Below, piece after piece: positions 56,023 to 64,000 of a stretch of 64,000 nucleotides of DNA. Below the pieces are notes generated by a model, which searched no databases, had not been told where the DNA came from, and worked only from the letters and a program-made list of their open reading frames with translations. Origin of the DNA: Candidatus Woesebacteria bacterium RIFCSPHIGHO2_01_FULL_44_10 (GTDB lineage: Bacteria; Patescibacteriota; Microgenomatia; UBA8517); contig MGGO01000031.1 in assembly GCA_001792465.1 (NCBI GenBank), positions 1,172-65,171 on the forward strand. Direction: 5' to 3'. How positions within the stretch are numbered: the first letter of the stretch is position 1; the number at the start of each line of letters is the position of its first letter. Position numbers and translations under genes: made by a program.

Positions 56023-57299
56023 GGTTTTAATCTCTTCACGTCACGAGGCAGAAAAGTCGCTTCTTTTACACTTGGTAAATCAAGAATTTTCATGACGATC
56101 CGCCCAGGTCCAATTCCACCACCGCCGTGTGGGGGACAACCATATCTAAAAAAGTTCAGGTAATCTTTTAAATCGTCCAAGGACATCTTCTTTTCTTTTG
56201 CTTGCTTTTCCAAAACTTCAATTCTATGTTCCCGTTGAGCTCCAGTTGTAATTTCAATACCTTTGTAAAGTAAGTCAAAACTCATCGTTAAATCAGGATT
56301 ATCTTTATGTCGCATGTGGTAAAAGGGTCTTGCCTCCTTCGGATAATCAATCAAGAATACAAAATCGTGCCCGGTTTCCTCCTTGATTAGACGTGATAAT
56401 TCTTTTTCTTCTTCGGGAGTTACATCGTATTCTTTCTCACTTTCTATTCCCAACTTATTCAATTTATTTTTAGCCTCAGCCATAGAAATTTTTGGGAACG
56501 GAATTTGGGGAATTTCTAGATCTACACCCACATCTGCTTTAACTCTCTTAAATGCGCTTACCAACATCTTCTCTTCTTCAGCCATAACGTCGTAATGCGA
56601 CTCAATAAATGAGATCTCGAAATCCCAACCTGTAAACTCGGTCATGTGTCTAGTAGTAAACGAGAGCTCGGCTCGAAAAACTGGACCAACCATGAAAATT
56701 TTTTCAAAACCAGCCGCCATTGCCATCTGTTTGTAAAACTGGGGTGACTGTGCAAGAAACGCTTTTCTTTCAAAATATTTTACCTCGAAAACCTCCGCTC
56801 CTGATTCACTTGCTGTGCTCATAAACGATGGGGAATAAACCTGAACATAGCCACCCTGTTCCCAATAGTCACGAAAGCCCTTTTCCAAAGCAGTCCATAC
56901 CTCAAAAATTTGTCTTTTTCCTTCCTGCCTCAAGTTGATCCAACGCCAGTTAAATCTTTTTGTGGCTCCAACTTCTCCCTCTTTCGCTTGTATGGGTATA
57001 GGCAGCTCATCGGCAAGAGATAGAATTTTTAGCTTTTTTATTTGAATCTCCACTACGCCTGTTTCAAGATTTTTGTTGACTAGCTTTTCCGGGCGTTTTT
57101 TGACTTCGCCAGCAATTTCTACTACTGACTCTGGTGTAACTCTCGGTAAACCTTTACCAACACATTGGACTAATCCACTTCGGTCCCTCAAATCAATGAA
57201 GGTAATCCCACCATGATCCCGGACTGAGTCCACCCAACCTTTAAGGAGAACTTTCTCCCCAACTTTTTTTGTTGTCTCAATGGCTAACGTTCTGTCCAT
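56019..57299 (-). CDS. aspS: Aspartyl-tRNA synthetase, archaeal/eukaryal-type (class IIb)
   Basis: The N-terminal OB fold is 'VLLKGWVDSVRDHGGITFIDLRD'. Class II motifs are 'FRAE' and 'GGGIGPGR'. Confidence 0.75.
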   Translation of the reverse strand: MDRTLAIETTKKVGEKVLLKGWVDSVRDHGGITFIDLRDRSGLVQCVGKGLPRVTPESVVEIAGEVKKRPEKLVNKNLETGVVEIQIKKLKILSLADELPIPIQAKEGEVGATKRFNWRWINLRQEGKRQIFEVWTALEKGFRDYWEQGGYVQVYSPSFMSTASESGAEVFEVKYFERKAFLAQSPQFYKQMAMAAGFEKIFMVGPVFRAELSFTTRHMTEFTGWDFEISFIESHYDVMAEEEKMLVSAFKRVKADVGVDLEIPQIPFPKISMAEAKNKLNKLGIESEKEYDVTPEEEKELSRLIKEETGHDFVFLIDYPKEARPFYHMRHKDNPDLTMSFDLLYKGIEITTGAQREHRIEVLEKQAKEKKMSLDDLKDYLNFFRYGCPPHGGGGIGPGRIVMKILDLPSVKEATFLPRDVKRLKP

Positions 57300-57562
57300 A
57301 CTGTCCGTATTTTAGCCCGCTTGACAGACAATCGCAAGCTGTTATAAAATTTCTCGGCATGGCAAACCAACTCCTAAGGACTAGGGGTTTTTTAATGCTT
57401 ATGGCGGAAAGAGAACAAATTGAAAAAATGGTTCGCGGGGCTGACCCTGAACAAGTGTTACACCTTAAAGTGTTGACGGCTCGGCTGCTGTCACAGCGTA
57501 AAAAAGTGGATTTCGGACCAGCTTTATGCAAAGTAGCCACAAATGAGAGGCTGATTGAGCAA

Positions 57563-59197
57563 CTAACTGTCTTGGCCAATGGCTCGAATGTCTCTAACTT
57601 TCAATTGTAAGCTTTTGTGGCCGTTCCAGACGTTTTCTTCCAGATTATAAGCGATGTCAATTTGATCTCCCAGAGATAGTTTTTGGGCTAGGTGGCCAAA
57701 GCTAAATGCAATGGCTTCAAATACTTTTTCTTGATTTCGCAGTACCAACTTCAAATGTTTATTATCTCCCCCCACGCTGCGTGCTTCCAATACTTCAACA
57801 CCAAAAGTCGCAAAGCTGGGCGTCGGATTACCCAACCCCGTAGGGTCAAAGTCGGCAATTTTTTCAGCCAGATCCTGGGTAAGGCTGCCAAAGCCAATTT
57901 CCGTATCAACGGTTAGACTACGAGATAAAACCTCGTCGGTTAACAAGGGCTTGGCTATTTCATCCAGTTTTTGGTGGAATTCACTAATTCTTTCGGTTTT
58001 AATGCTAAATCCGGCCGCCATCGGATGGCCTCCGCCCTCTTCAATTAAGTCAGAAAGCTGCCGGATCGCCGCAATAATATTAAAGCCCGGAATTGAGCGG
58101 GCAGAGGCTTTGCTCATTTCACTGCCTTTGGCAATAACAACCGCTGGCCGCCAATGAGCTTCAACCAGCTTTGCCGCCGCCAAGCCAATCACCCCCTCGT
58201 GATAACTCTCATGAGCCAAAAGAATTACCCCCTTAAAACTTTTGTCTTTACTTGCCCCCCGGGTATGGGCAACAACCTCTTCAACGATTCTCTGCCGCTC
58301 GCTATTGGTTCTCCCCAAAAGCTGAGCTAATTCTTGAGCGCGACTTTGCGCCGGGGTACACAAAAGCCGCAGTGAATCCAGAGCATGGGCAAGTCTGCCC
58401 ATGGCATTGATTCGGGGTGCAATCACAAAGCCCACGTGGTAAGCGCCAACCCCTCCAGGGAATAAAGCTGCCTCACGCAAAAGTTCCAAGAGTCCCGGCC
58501 GCTGGGTGGTATTAAGATCGTTAAGACCGTATTTGGCAAATGATCGATTGGGGCCAATCAGAGGCAAAACGTCTGCAATGGTTCCAATTCCAGCCAGTTC
58601 CAAACCACTTTGACTGCCCAGTTCGCGGGCCAGAATCCAGGCTAGTCCCGCGCCACCGATTTTGTCCGTATGCACAGTTGCATACGCTTTGGGTAATTTT
58701 TTTTCTTTTTGATGGTGATCCGAAATAATAACATCAATCCCCAACTTGTTAGCTGTGTCAACACCTTTGTGGGCTACTATCCCGTTATCAACGGTAAGTA
58801 TTAATTTGAGGCCAGGATTTTGGTCCGCCAGCCGGCGGATTGAGTCTTTGTTGAGTCCGTATCCTTCTGAAAACCTCTCCGGAATATAGGGCATCACGTC
58901 AGCACCAAGGCTGTGAAGCGCTTCCCAGGCAATGGCAGTGGCACAAACTCCGTCTGCGTCATAATCCCCATAAACAATTATTTTTTCTTTGGCTTTGATG
59001 GCTTTTTTGATTCTTGCTGCCGCCTTTTTTACCTCACCTGATGAAATTCCAAGCTCTTTGAGAGTCAAATCCTTTGGGTGTTTAGGATTAAAAAATTCTT
59101 GACTGTTTTTAACACCTCTGTTTTCCAAAAGAATCTCTACAATTCTACTTGCACTACTTTTACTACTTGTAATACTTTTCTTAACTTCCCACTGCAT
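57563..59197 (-). CDS. recJ: Single-stranded-DNA-specific exonuclease RecJ (DHH/DHHA1)
   Basis: 'IVYGDYDADGVCAT' and 'DHH'. The GGGH DHHA1 motif is 'GGGHPMAAG'. Confidence 0.75.
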   Translation of the reverse strand: MQWEVKKSITSSKSSASRIVEILLENRGVKNSQEFFNPKHPKDLTLKELGISSGEVKKAAARIKKAIKAKEKIIVYGDYDADGVCATAIAWEALHSLGADVMPYIPERFSEGYGLNKDSIRRLADQNPGLKLILTVDNGIVAHKGVDTANKLGIDVIISDHHQKEKKLPKAYATVHTDKIGGAGLAWILARELGSQSGLELAGIGTIADVLPLIGPNRSFAKYGLNDLNTTQRPGLLELLREAALFPGGVGAYHVGFVIAPRINAMGRLAHALDSLRLLCTPAQSRAQELAQLLGRTNSERQRIVEEVVAHTRGASKDKSFKGVILLAHESYHEGVIGLAAAKLVEAHWRPAVVIAKGSEMSKASARSIPGFNIIAAIRQLSDLIEEGGGHPMAAGFSIKTERISEFHQKLDEIAKPLLTDEVLSRSLTVDTEIGFGSLTQDLAEKIADFDPTGLGNPTPSFATFGVEVLEARSVGGDNKHLKLVLRNQEKVFEAIAFSFGHLAQKLSLGDQIDIAYNLEENVWNGHKSLQLKVRDIRAIGQDS

Positions 59198-59214
59198 ACT
59201 GGTATACTAAAACT

Positions 59215-60552
59215 ATGCACTTCACTATACCAGATGAGGTTGGCGGTGTAATCGCTAAGTTTGAGAAAGCCGGCTTTGAAATCTACATCGTTGGCGGAGC
59301 CGTTCGTGACTTGCTTATGGGTAAGAGCGTTATTGACTGGGACTTTGCCACCAATGCCACGCCCGATGAATCACAAAAAGTATTAGGCAAAGACAGCTAT
59401 CATCAGGGATTCGGTACGGTCGGCCTCCCGACCCAAACCGAGGGCTTTAAACCATTTGAAATTACTACCTACCGGATTGAATTTGGTTACTCTGACAAAA
59501 GACGGCCGGACAAAGTCGCCTGGGGTAAAACTCTTGAAGAAGATCTCAAAAGAAGAGATTTTACGATTAATGCCATGGGGCTTACTAAAGTAAAAATAAT
59601 TGATCCACACGGTGGGCAAAAAGATTTAGAAAAAAAACTGATCCGTGCCGTCGGTGGCCCCCAGGAGCGCTTTGCCGAGGATACTCTGCGCATGATGCGG
59701 GCGGTACGCCTGGCAGCTGAGCTTAATTTTAAGATTGAAAAAAAGACACTTGATGCCATCAAAGCAAACTCTACTTTAATCAATAAAATTGCCAGAGAGC
59801 GCATTAGAGACGAACTCATTAAAATCTTGGCTTCACCAAATCCTCACGAAGGTGTGCTCCACTTAAGAGAAACAGGTCTCCTGATCGAGATTCTTCCGGA
59901 GCTCGAAAAAGCTTTTGGAGTCGAACAAAAATCTCCTCAAAGACACCACATTTACGACGTCGGGACACACTGTTTGCTTTCTTTGAAACACTGCCAGTCG
60001 ACTGATCCCATTGTCCGCTTTGCCACTCTTATTCATGACATAGGCAAACCCCAGACTTACAAAAAAATGCCCAACGGGGTAATTACTTTTTATAATCACG
60101 AGGTCGTGGGAACTAGAATTGCCAAAAGGATCGCCGAACGTCTGCGTTTTTCCAATGAACAGGCCAGAAAGTTAATTAAACTGGTCCGCTGGCATCAGTT
60201 CTCGGTTGGCGAAACCCAGACCGATAAAGCCTTGAGAAGGTTTATCACTCGGGTGGGAGTGGAAAATGTTGAAGATATGCTTGAGCTTCGGCGGGCTGAC
60301 CGTCTGGGCAGCGGCGCTCGTGAGACTTCCTGGCGCACGGAGGAGTTTAAAAAGCGCCTCATTGAAGTCCAAAAACAACCCTTTACCATTCACGATCTAA
60401 AAATTACCGGTAACGACGTTATGAAAGTGCTCGGAATTAAACCGGGGCCAAAGATAGGGGAAATTTTAGAAAAACTCTTCGCTGAAGTTGTGGATCAGAA
60501 ACTGCCTAACGACAAAAAGGCCCAATTGACAAGATTAAAAGAACTGGAGTGA
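59215..60552 (+). CDS. cca: CCA-adding tRNA nucleotidyltransferase with HD domain
   Basis: 'IYIVGGAVRDLLMG', 'DWDFAT' and the C-terminal HD 'LIHDIGK'. Confidence 0.7.
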   Translation: MHFTIPDEVGGVIAKFEKAGFEIYIVGGAVRDLLMGKSVIDWDFATNATPDESQKVLGKDSYHQGFGTVGLPTQTEGFKPFEITTYRIEFGYSDKRRPDKVAWGKTLEEDLKRRDFTINAMGLTKVKIIDPHGGQKDLEKKLIRAVGGPQERFAEDTLRMMRAVRLAAELNFKIEKKTLDAIKANSTLINKIARERIRDELIKILASPNPHEGVLHLRETGLLIEILPELEKAFGVEQKSPQRHHIYDVGTHCLLSLKHCQSTDPIVRFATLIHDIGKPQTYKKMPNGVITFYNHEVVGTRIAKRIAERLRFSNEQARKLIKLVRWHQFSVGETQTDKALRRFITRVGVENVEDMLELRRADRLGSGARETSWRTEEFKKRLIEVQKQPFTIHDLKITGNDVMKVLGIKPGPKIGEILEKLFAEVVDQKLPNDKKAQLTRLKELE

Positions 60553-60933
60553 ATATCATATGTGATATTATCTAACTATAAAAAATAAAATTTACACCTT
60601 CGAGAATCATCTTAAAGAAAGCCTTAAGGCCCCGAGTTTCGAAAGACTTGGGAAGATCCGAAGCTTGAGTCTTGGGCGGCAAAACAACTAAACAAACATC
60701 GTTGCCGTCAAAAATTGAGGTTGAAGAATTGTCTTTAGATTGTTTAAAATTATCTGGGGTTGATTAAATCAAAAGGTCACGGCTTCTTGAAATCTTCCTC
60801 TAAAGAAAAAAAGAAAAACTTGGTGTGTTGTACTGGTTGATTCGTTTTCCCATTCGGAAAACTTTATCACAAATAAAATACAGCCGGTTACCAGTTTTGT
60901 GCCGGCAGTGGTTTAAGATGGTACAACTCACGC

Positions 60934-61062
60934 AAAACCGACTCGGATGGTAATCCGAACGTTTTCAATCTGAATCACAACGAAGATGGCCTCTGGTTGA
61001 ATGACAATTGGGCCAATCCTGACAGTCGGTGGAATTCTGACAACGAATTCGTTTTCTCTCTA
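60934..61062 (+). repeat. DGR template repeat (TR)
   Basis: About 125 bp, near-identical to the reverse complement of 62480-62606. Every mismatch is an A in this copy against a non-A in the other. Confidence 0.8.
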
Positions 61063-61080
61063 ACGAAAGTCTTTCTTTTT

Positions 61081-61107
61081 ACCGCACCATTCTAGGTGCG
61101 GTTTTTC
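61081..61107 (+). terminator. Hairpin (ACCGCAC/GTGCGGT stem) followed by a T5 run immediately after the TR. It is terminator-like, or may be a DGR-associated structural element.
   Basis: Read directly from the sequence: a 7-bp perfect stem, an 8-nt loop, then TTTTT. Confidence 0.45.
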
Positions 61108-61361
61108 TTCCAGCCACCAAACATTCTCCCAACCTCATCTAATTTCACCGCCGTTCGCTCGTATTGTTTATGAGAAATAAACTTCGCCTCCCAAGCGATT
61201 GAAACTAGAAATTTAAGAGCATCCAAACAAACAATGCATTCCGTAATTTTTTGGATTTTTGTTTCTTTCGGGCTAAAATAGGCTACATATGAAAACTCCA
61301 AAAGATCCAGAAATTTATTTTCAATTCTGGCTCCAATTAAGTAGCGTGCAGACTTGGGCAT
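61092..61361 (-). CDS. avd: DGR accessory variability determinant (Avd, four-helix-bundle family)
   Basis: '...LVSIAWEAKFISHKQYE...LDEVGRMFGGWKK' matches the Avd/TIGR02436 C-terminus. The annotated ORF start at 61484 runs through the (GA)n tract, so the gene was trimmed to the internal Met. Confidence 0.6.
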   Translation of the reverse strand: MPKSARYLIGARIENKFLDLLEFSYVAYFSPKETKIQKITECIVCLDALKFLVSIAWEAKFISHKQYERTAVKLDEVGRMFGGWKKNRT

Positions 61362-61398
61362 ATGAGGAACGCTAGCCAGCCACAACAAGTATCCCTCT

Positions 61399-62583
61399 TT
61401 GATTTTCCTCAAAATCGAGGAGCTCACCGAGAGAGAGAGAGAGAGAGAGAGAGTAAGGCTGCGCCATACATATAATGATATCATCCGCCTTGAAAATTTT
61501 CTTTCATCCTGGCAAGAGTTTCTAAAGGGTAAGAAAAAGCGCAGGGATGTTTTTGAATTTTCCCTCCACCTGATCGATAATCTTGTTGATCTTCACAAGA
61601 AGTTGACTGACAAAACTTACAGGCACGGAGAATATTTTGCCTTTAAGATAAACGATCCAAAACCAAGGAGTATCCACAAAGCGGGGGTGGCAGACAGACT
61701 TCTCCACCACGCAATCTATAGAATTCTGTATCCCTATTTTGATAAAAAATTCATTTTTGACTCCTATTCTTGCCGTATTGATAAGGGCACTCACAAGGCC
61801 ATCAACCGCTTTCGATACTTCGCCAGAAAAGCTTCCAAAAACAACACACGAACTGCCTGGGTACTAAAATGCGATATCAAAAAATTTTTTGCCAATATCG
61901 ACCACCAAATCTTAAAAAAGATCCTCAAAAATCACATCGCAGACCAAGAAGTACTTTGGTTGCTCAGGCAAGTTATAGATAGTTTTGAAACACCTGAAAA
62001 GCCAGAGACTGGTTTGCCGCTGGGAAACCTAACCAGTCAGCTTTTGGTGAACGTTTACATGAATGAATTTGATCGGTTTATTAAAAGGAAACTCAAAGTG
62101 AAATACTATCTTCGTTATGCCGATGACTTTACCGCCCTGAGTGAAGACAAACAATATTTAGTCGATCTAATTCCTAAAATGTCTCAGTTTTTGCAAACTG
62201 AGCTAAAACTTTCTTTGCACCCAAAAAAAATTTTCATCAAAACGCTGGTTTCCGGAGTTGACTTTTTAGGTTGGACCCACTTTCCCCACCATAGAGTGCT
62301 AAGAACAAGCACAAAACGAAGAATGCTAACAAAATTAAGCAAAAACTTTTCACTAGAAAGCTTGGCCTCGTACCTGGGCCTTTTGAGCCACGGAGACACC
62401 TTCAAACTAAGACAAAAAATCACCAGTAGGCGCCCCGCTTGCGCCGCCAAAGTGTCAAAGAGGCAAAATCTCAAGATTACTTGCGGAGAGAGAAAACGAA
62501 CGCGCTGCCAGAACGCCACCGACTGTCAGGACTGGCCCAATAGTCATCCAACCAGAGGCCATCCCCGTCGTGATCCAGAATGA
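61399..62583 (+). CDS. DGR reverse transcriptase
   Basis: 'LPLGNLTSQLL' is the [I/L]GxxxSQ motif diagnostic of DGR RTs. 'YLRYADDF' is YxDD. The N-terminal 'LKGKKKRRDVFEF..LHKKLTDKTYRHGEY' is typical. The apparent start is TTG, and the exact 5' and 3' ends are uncertain. Confidence 0.8.
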   Translation: MIFLKIEELTERERERERVRLRHTYNDIIRLENFLSSWQEFLKGKKKRRDVFEFSLHLIDNLVDLHKKLTDKTYRHGEYFAFKINDPKPRSIHKAGVADRLLHHAIYRILYPYFDKKFIFDSYSCRIDKGTHKAINRFRYFARKASKNNTRTAWVLKCDIKKFFANIDHQILKKILKNHIADQEVLWLLRQVIDSFETPEKPETGLPLGNLTSQLLVNVYMNEFDRFIKRKLKVKYYLRYADDFTALSEDKQYLVDLIPKMSQFLQTELKLSLHPKKIFIKTLVSGVDFLGWTHFPHHRVLRTSTKRRMLTKLSKNFSLESLASYLGLLSHGDTFKLRQKITSRRPACAAKVSKRQNLKITCGERKRTRCQNATDCQDWPNSHPTRGHPRRDPE

Positions 62584-64000
62584 AAACGTCCGGACCACCA
62601 CCCGAGTCGGCGACTTGTTTCATGCCAATAAATAACCATTCATATAGAGGCTGATCTTTGTATTTCAAGCGCAAAGATGGTCCGACTTCCGCAGGACACA
62701 ACTCAAGTCCCAAAGATTGTGCTTTTGCATATATCTCATCGGTTGTCGCTCCTCTTTCAAAACCCAAGGTACTAATTGTCAACCTAACCAGAGCCAATTT
62801 CCGAGGATTTTTCTCGACTTCAAATTCTCTATTTCGCATCATACTTTCCGCATAGTCACTTACATTAATTCCCTGCCTCTTTAATTCGTTTTGAAGCTGA
62901 TCTTTTGTTTTTCCCCCAATTGTTAAGATTTCACGTCCTATTTTGCCTTCCGGAAAGGACGTATATATCTCAATAGATTCAGGCAAAAACTCAAAAATCC
63001 CCGGGAAGAGTGATCCAATATAGGCTTTTGTACGCTCGTTTATGACGTCAGATGGTCCCCAAGCGATTTGATTGTTATAGATAATTTTAGCGTCACCTAT
63101 CGGATCGCGATCTGGCCTCAATCTTAACTCGGCAATCCGAGGGTCATCTTCATACCCAAATCCCTGTATCTTGGAGTCAACTTCATAAATAAATCTCAAA
63201 TCTTCAATTGATAATTCTTGTCCCTTGTTTACTTTTTCCTCAAGCCCAGTCAATCGCTTCATATCAGCAGAGGCTTTGCGGTACTTTTCCGCGCCAGGAA
63301 GTTGGTCAATTTTTTCCTCGGCAATGGTAACCATATTTGCTTCCAAGTTTTGATCTTTATCTGCTACTCCCCGGGCTTCAAAAATTTCTCCCTTTTGCAT
63401 CCGGATGGCAATTCTGGGAATTGTTGGATTACCGTATTTATCAGGTGTGTAGTAAACATAAAAATCCCCACCTTCCAGTTGTGCCTTTGCGGTGCCAAAA
63501 CCAGCAGTGCACCAAGAGGTACCTTTATTTTGCAGTGATTTCCAAAGTTCAGTTGGGTCAGACCCTTGACGGTAAGCAATCCACATTCCTTTGGTTTCCT
63601 CTTTCATCTCAGAGGTGATCTCGCCCTTTTGTTTTATTCCTTCAGCATATTGGTCAGCAAACGACATCCTTGCAAATTCCCGCGCTTCTCTTTGTGTTAA
63701 AACGTCGTTTTCTGGGACATTCATCCTTCTTTGCGCTTTTTGAATATTCTCAAGAGCCCGATTGTCATACGCCGCGCTGATCATATCCTGAACATACCCC
63801 AAAGCACTCCTGTCTATATCCGGAAAAAGAAAGTTCGTTCCTGGAGAGCGCTTGGGGAACTTACCTTCATCCTTGTCCCAACGACCTAAACTTAAAATAC
63901 TTCGGAAAGCATAGTAGCGGAACCATGGGGCATATGGCTCATTGGGGTCAGAAAAATAATTTATCCATTGGTCCAGCGATTTTTCCAGATCCTCAACTGC
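62477..64000 (-). CDS. DGR target protein with C-terminal variable repeat. The N-terminus runs off the window end, so the gene is partial.
   Basis: The reading frame stays open to position 64000 upstream of the annotated start. The C-terminal 42 aa are encoded by the VR. Confidence 0.7.
   Translation of the reverse strand, partial: AVEDLEKSLDQWINYFSDPNEPYAPWFRYYAFRSILSLGRWDKDEGKFPKRSPGTNFLFPDIDRSALGYVQDMISAAYDNRALENIQKAQRRMNVPENDVLTQREAREFARMSFADQYAEGIKQKGEITSEMKEETKGMWIAYRQGSDPTELWKSLQNKGTSWCTAGFGTAKAQLEGGDFYVYYTPDKYGNPTIPRIAIRMQKGEIFEARGVADKDQNLEANMVTIAEEKIDQLPGAEKYRKASADMKRLTGLEEKVNKGQELSIEDLRFIYEVDSKIQGFGYEDDPRIAELRLRPDRDPIGDAKIIYNNQIAWGPSDVINERTKAYIGSLFPGIFEFLPESIEIYTSFPEGKIGREILTIGGKTKDQLQNELKRQGINVSDYAESMMRNREFEVEKNPRKLALVRLTISTLGFERGATTDEIYAKAQSLGLELCPAEVGPSLRLKYKDQPLYEWLFIGMKQVADSGGGPDVFILDHDGDGLWLDDYWASPDSRWRSGSAFVFSLRK
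62480..62606 (-). repeat. DGR variable repeat (VR) at the 3' end of the target gene
   Basis: See the TR entry. The TR-A to VR-N substitutions include GG, G, T, G, CG, G, G and C. Confidence 0.8.

Noticed and set aside
61362-61484. N-terminal 41 aa of the Avd ORF (..SLTLSLSLSLSVSS..)
   Set aside because: This is an artefact of translating the (GA)12 microsatellite on the reverse strand. The Avd-like sequence begins at the internal Met.
62480-62583. RT ORF C-terminal tail overlapping the VR
   Set aside because: The last roughly 35 aa of the RT ORF (..RRPACAAKVSKRQNLKITCGERKRTRCQNATDCQDWPNSHPTRGHPRRDPE) are low-complexity and run antisense through the VR and hairpin. They are probably a read-through of an open frame rather than real RT sequence, and the true RT stop is uncertain.

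Overview
This is a low-GC, gene-dense window that looks like a Candidate Phyla Radiation (Patescibacteria-like) bacterium. Supporting this are an archaeal-type SAM synthetase, an archaeal-type AspRS, many small hypothetical proteins and use of TTG start codons. Housekeeping genes (tRNA-Gln, GluRS, AspRS, RecJ, CCA-adding enzyme, DacA, AroE, MAT, KsgA) are interleaved with accessory content.

The main accessory features are:

(1) An integrative element next to tRNA-Gln, carrying a large serine recombinase, TerL-like and TerS-like genes and a ParB-DNA methyltransferase fusion, with no virion structural genes in this window.

(2) A 1077-aa Zn-ribbon/Upf1-like SF1 helicase with a C-terminal DUF559 endonuclease, followed by a coiled-coil RmuC/DUF2130-like PD-(D/E)xK nuclease. 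This is a candidate two-gene defence module.

(3) A tightly coupled nine-gene operon: a DUF43 aminopropyltransferase-like gene, pyruvoyl AdoMetDC, FolE, QueD, QueE, a QueC with a novel N-terminal extension, an HQxxH protein, a NodU/CmcH carbamoyltransferase and a GT2. An LmbE-like deacetylase, two APH-like kinases and KsgA follow. This looks like an undescribed biosynthetic cluster for a preQ0 (7-deazaguanine)-derived, tailored small molecule or modification, with no TGT/DpdA in the window.

(4) A retron-type reverse transcriptase translationally coupled to an XRE-HTH protein, with a small ORF and a roughly 400-nt structured non-coding region upstream. It sits beside an IS3 element inserted into a remnant of a Type IIG/BREX-like methyltransferase.

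(5) A complete diversity-generating retroelement at the 3' end of the window, with template repeat, Avd, RT carrying the IGxxxSQ-type motif, and a target gene whose variable repeat shows adenine-specific substitutions. A (GA)12 microsatellite lies at the 5' end of the RT ORF.

(6) A repeat family of about 150-250 bp present three times (plus a related segment downstream of tRNA-Gln). Each copy has a GAGACA..TGTCTC hairpin and a degenerate tRNA-3'-half-like segment. One copy abuts a decayed IS200-like TnpA.

(7) A duplicated GrpB-like NTase + NUDIX module with direct copies about 17 kb apart.
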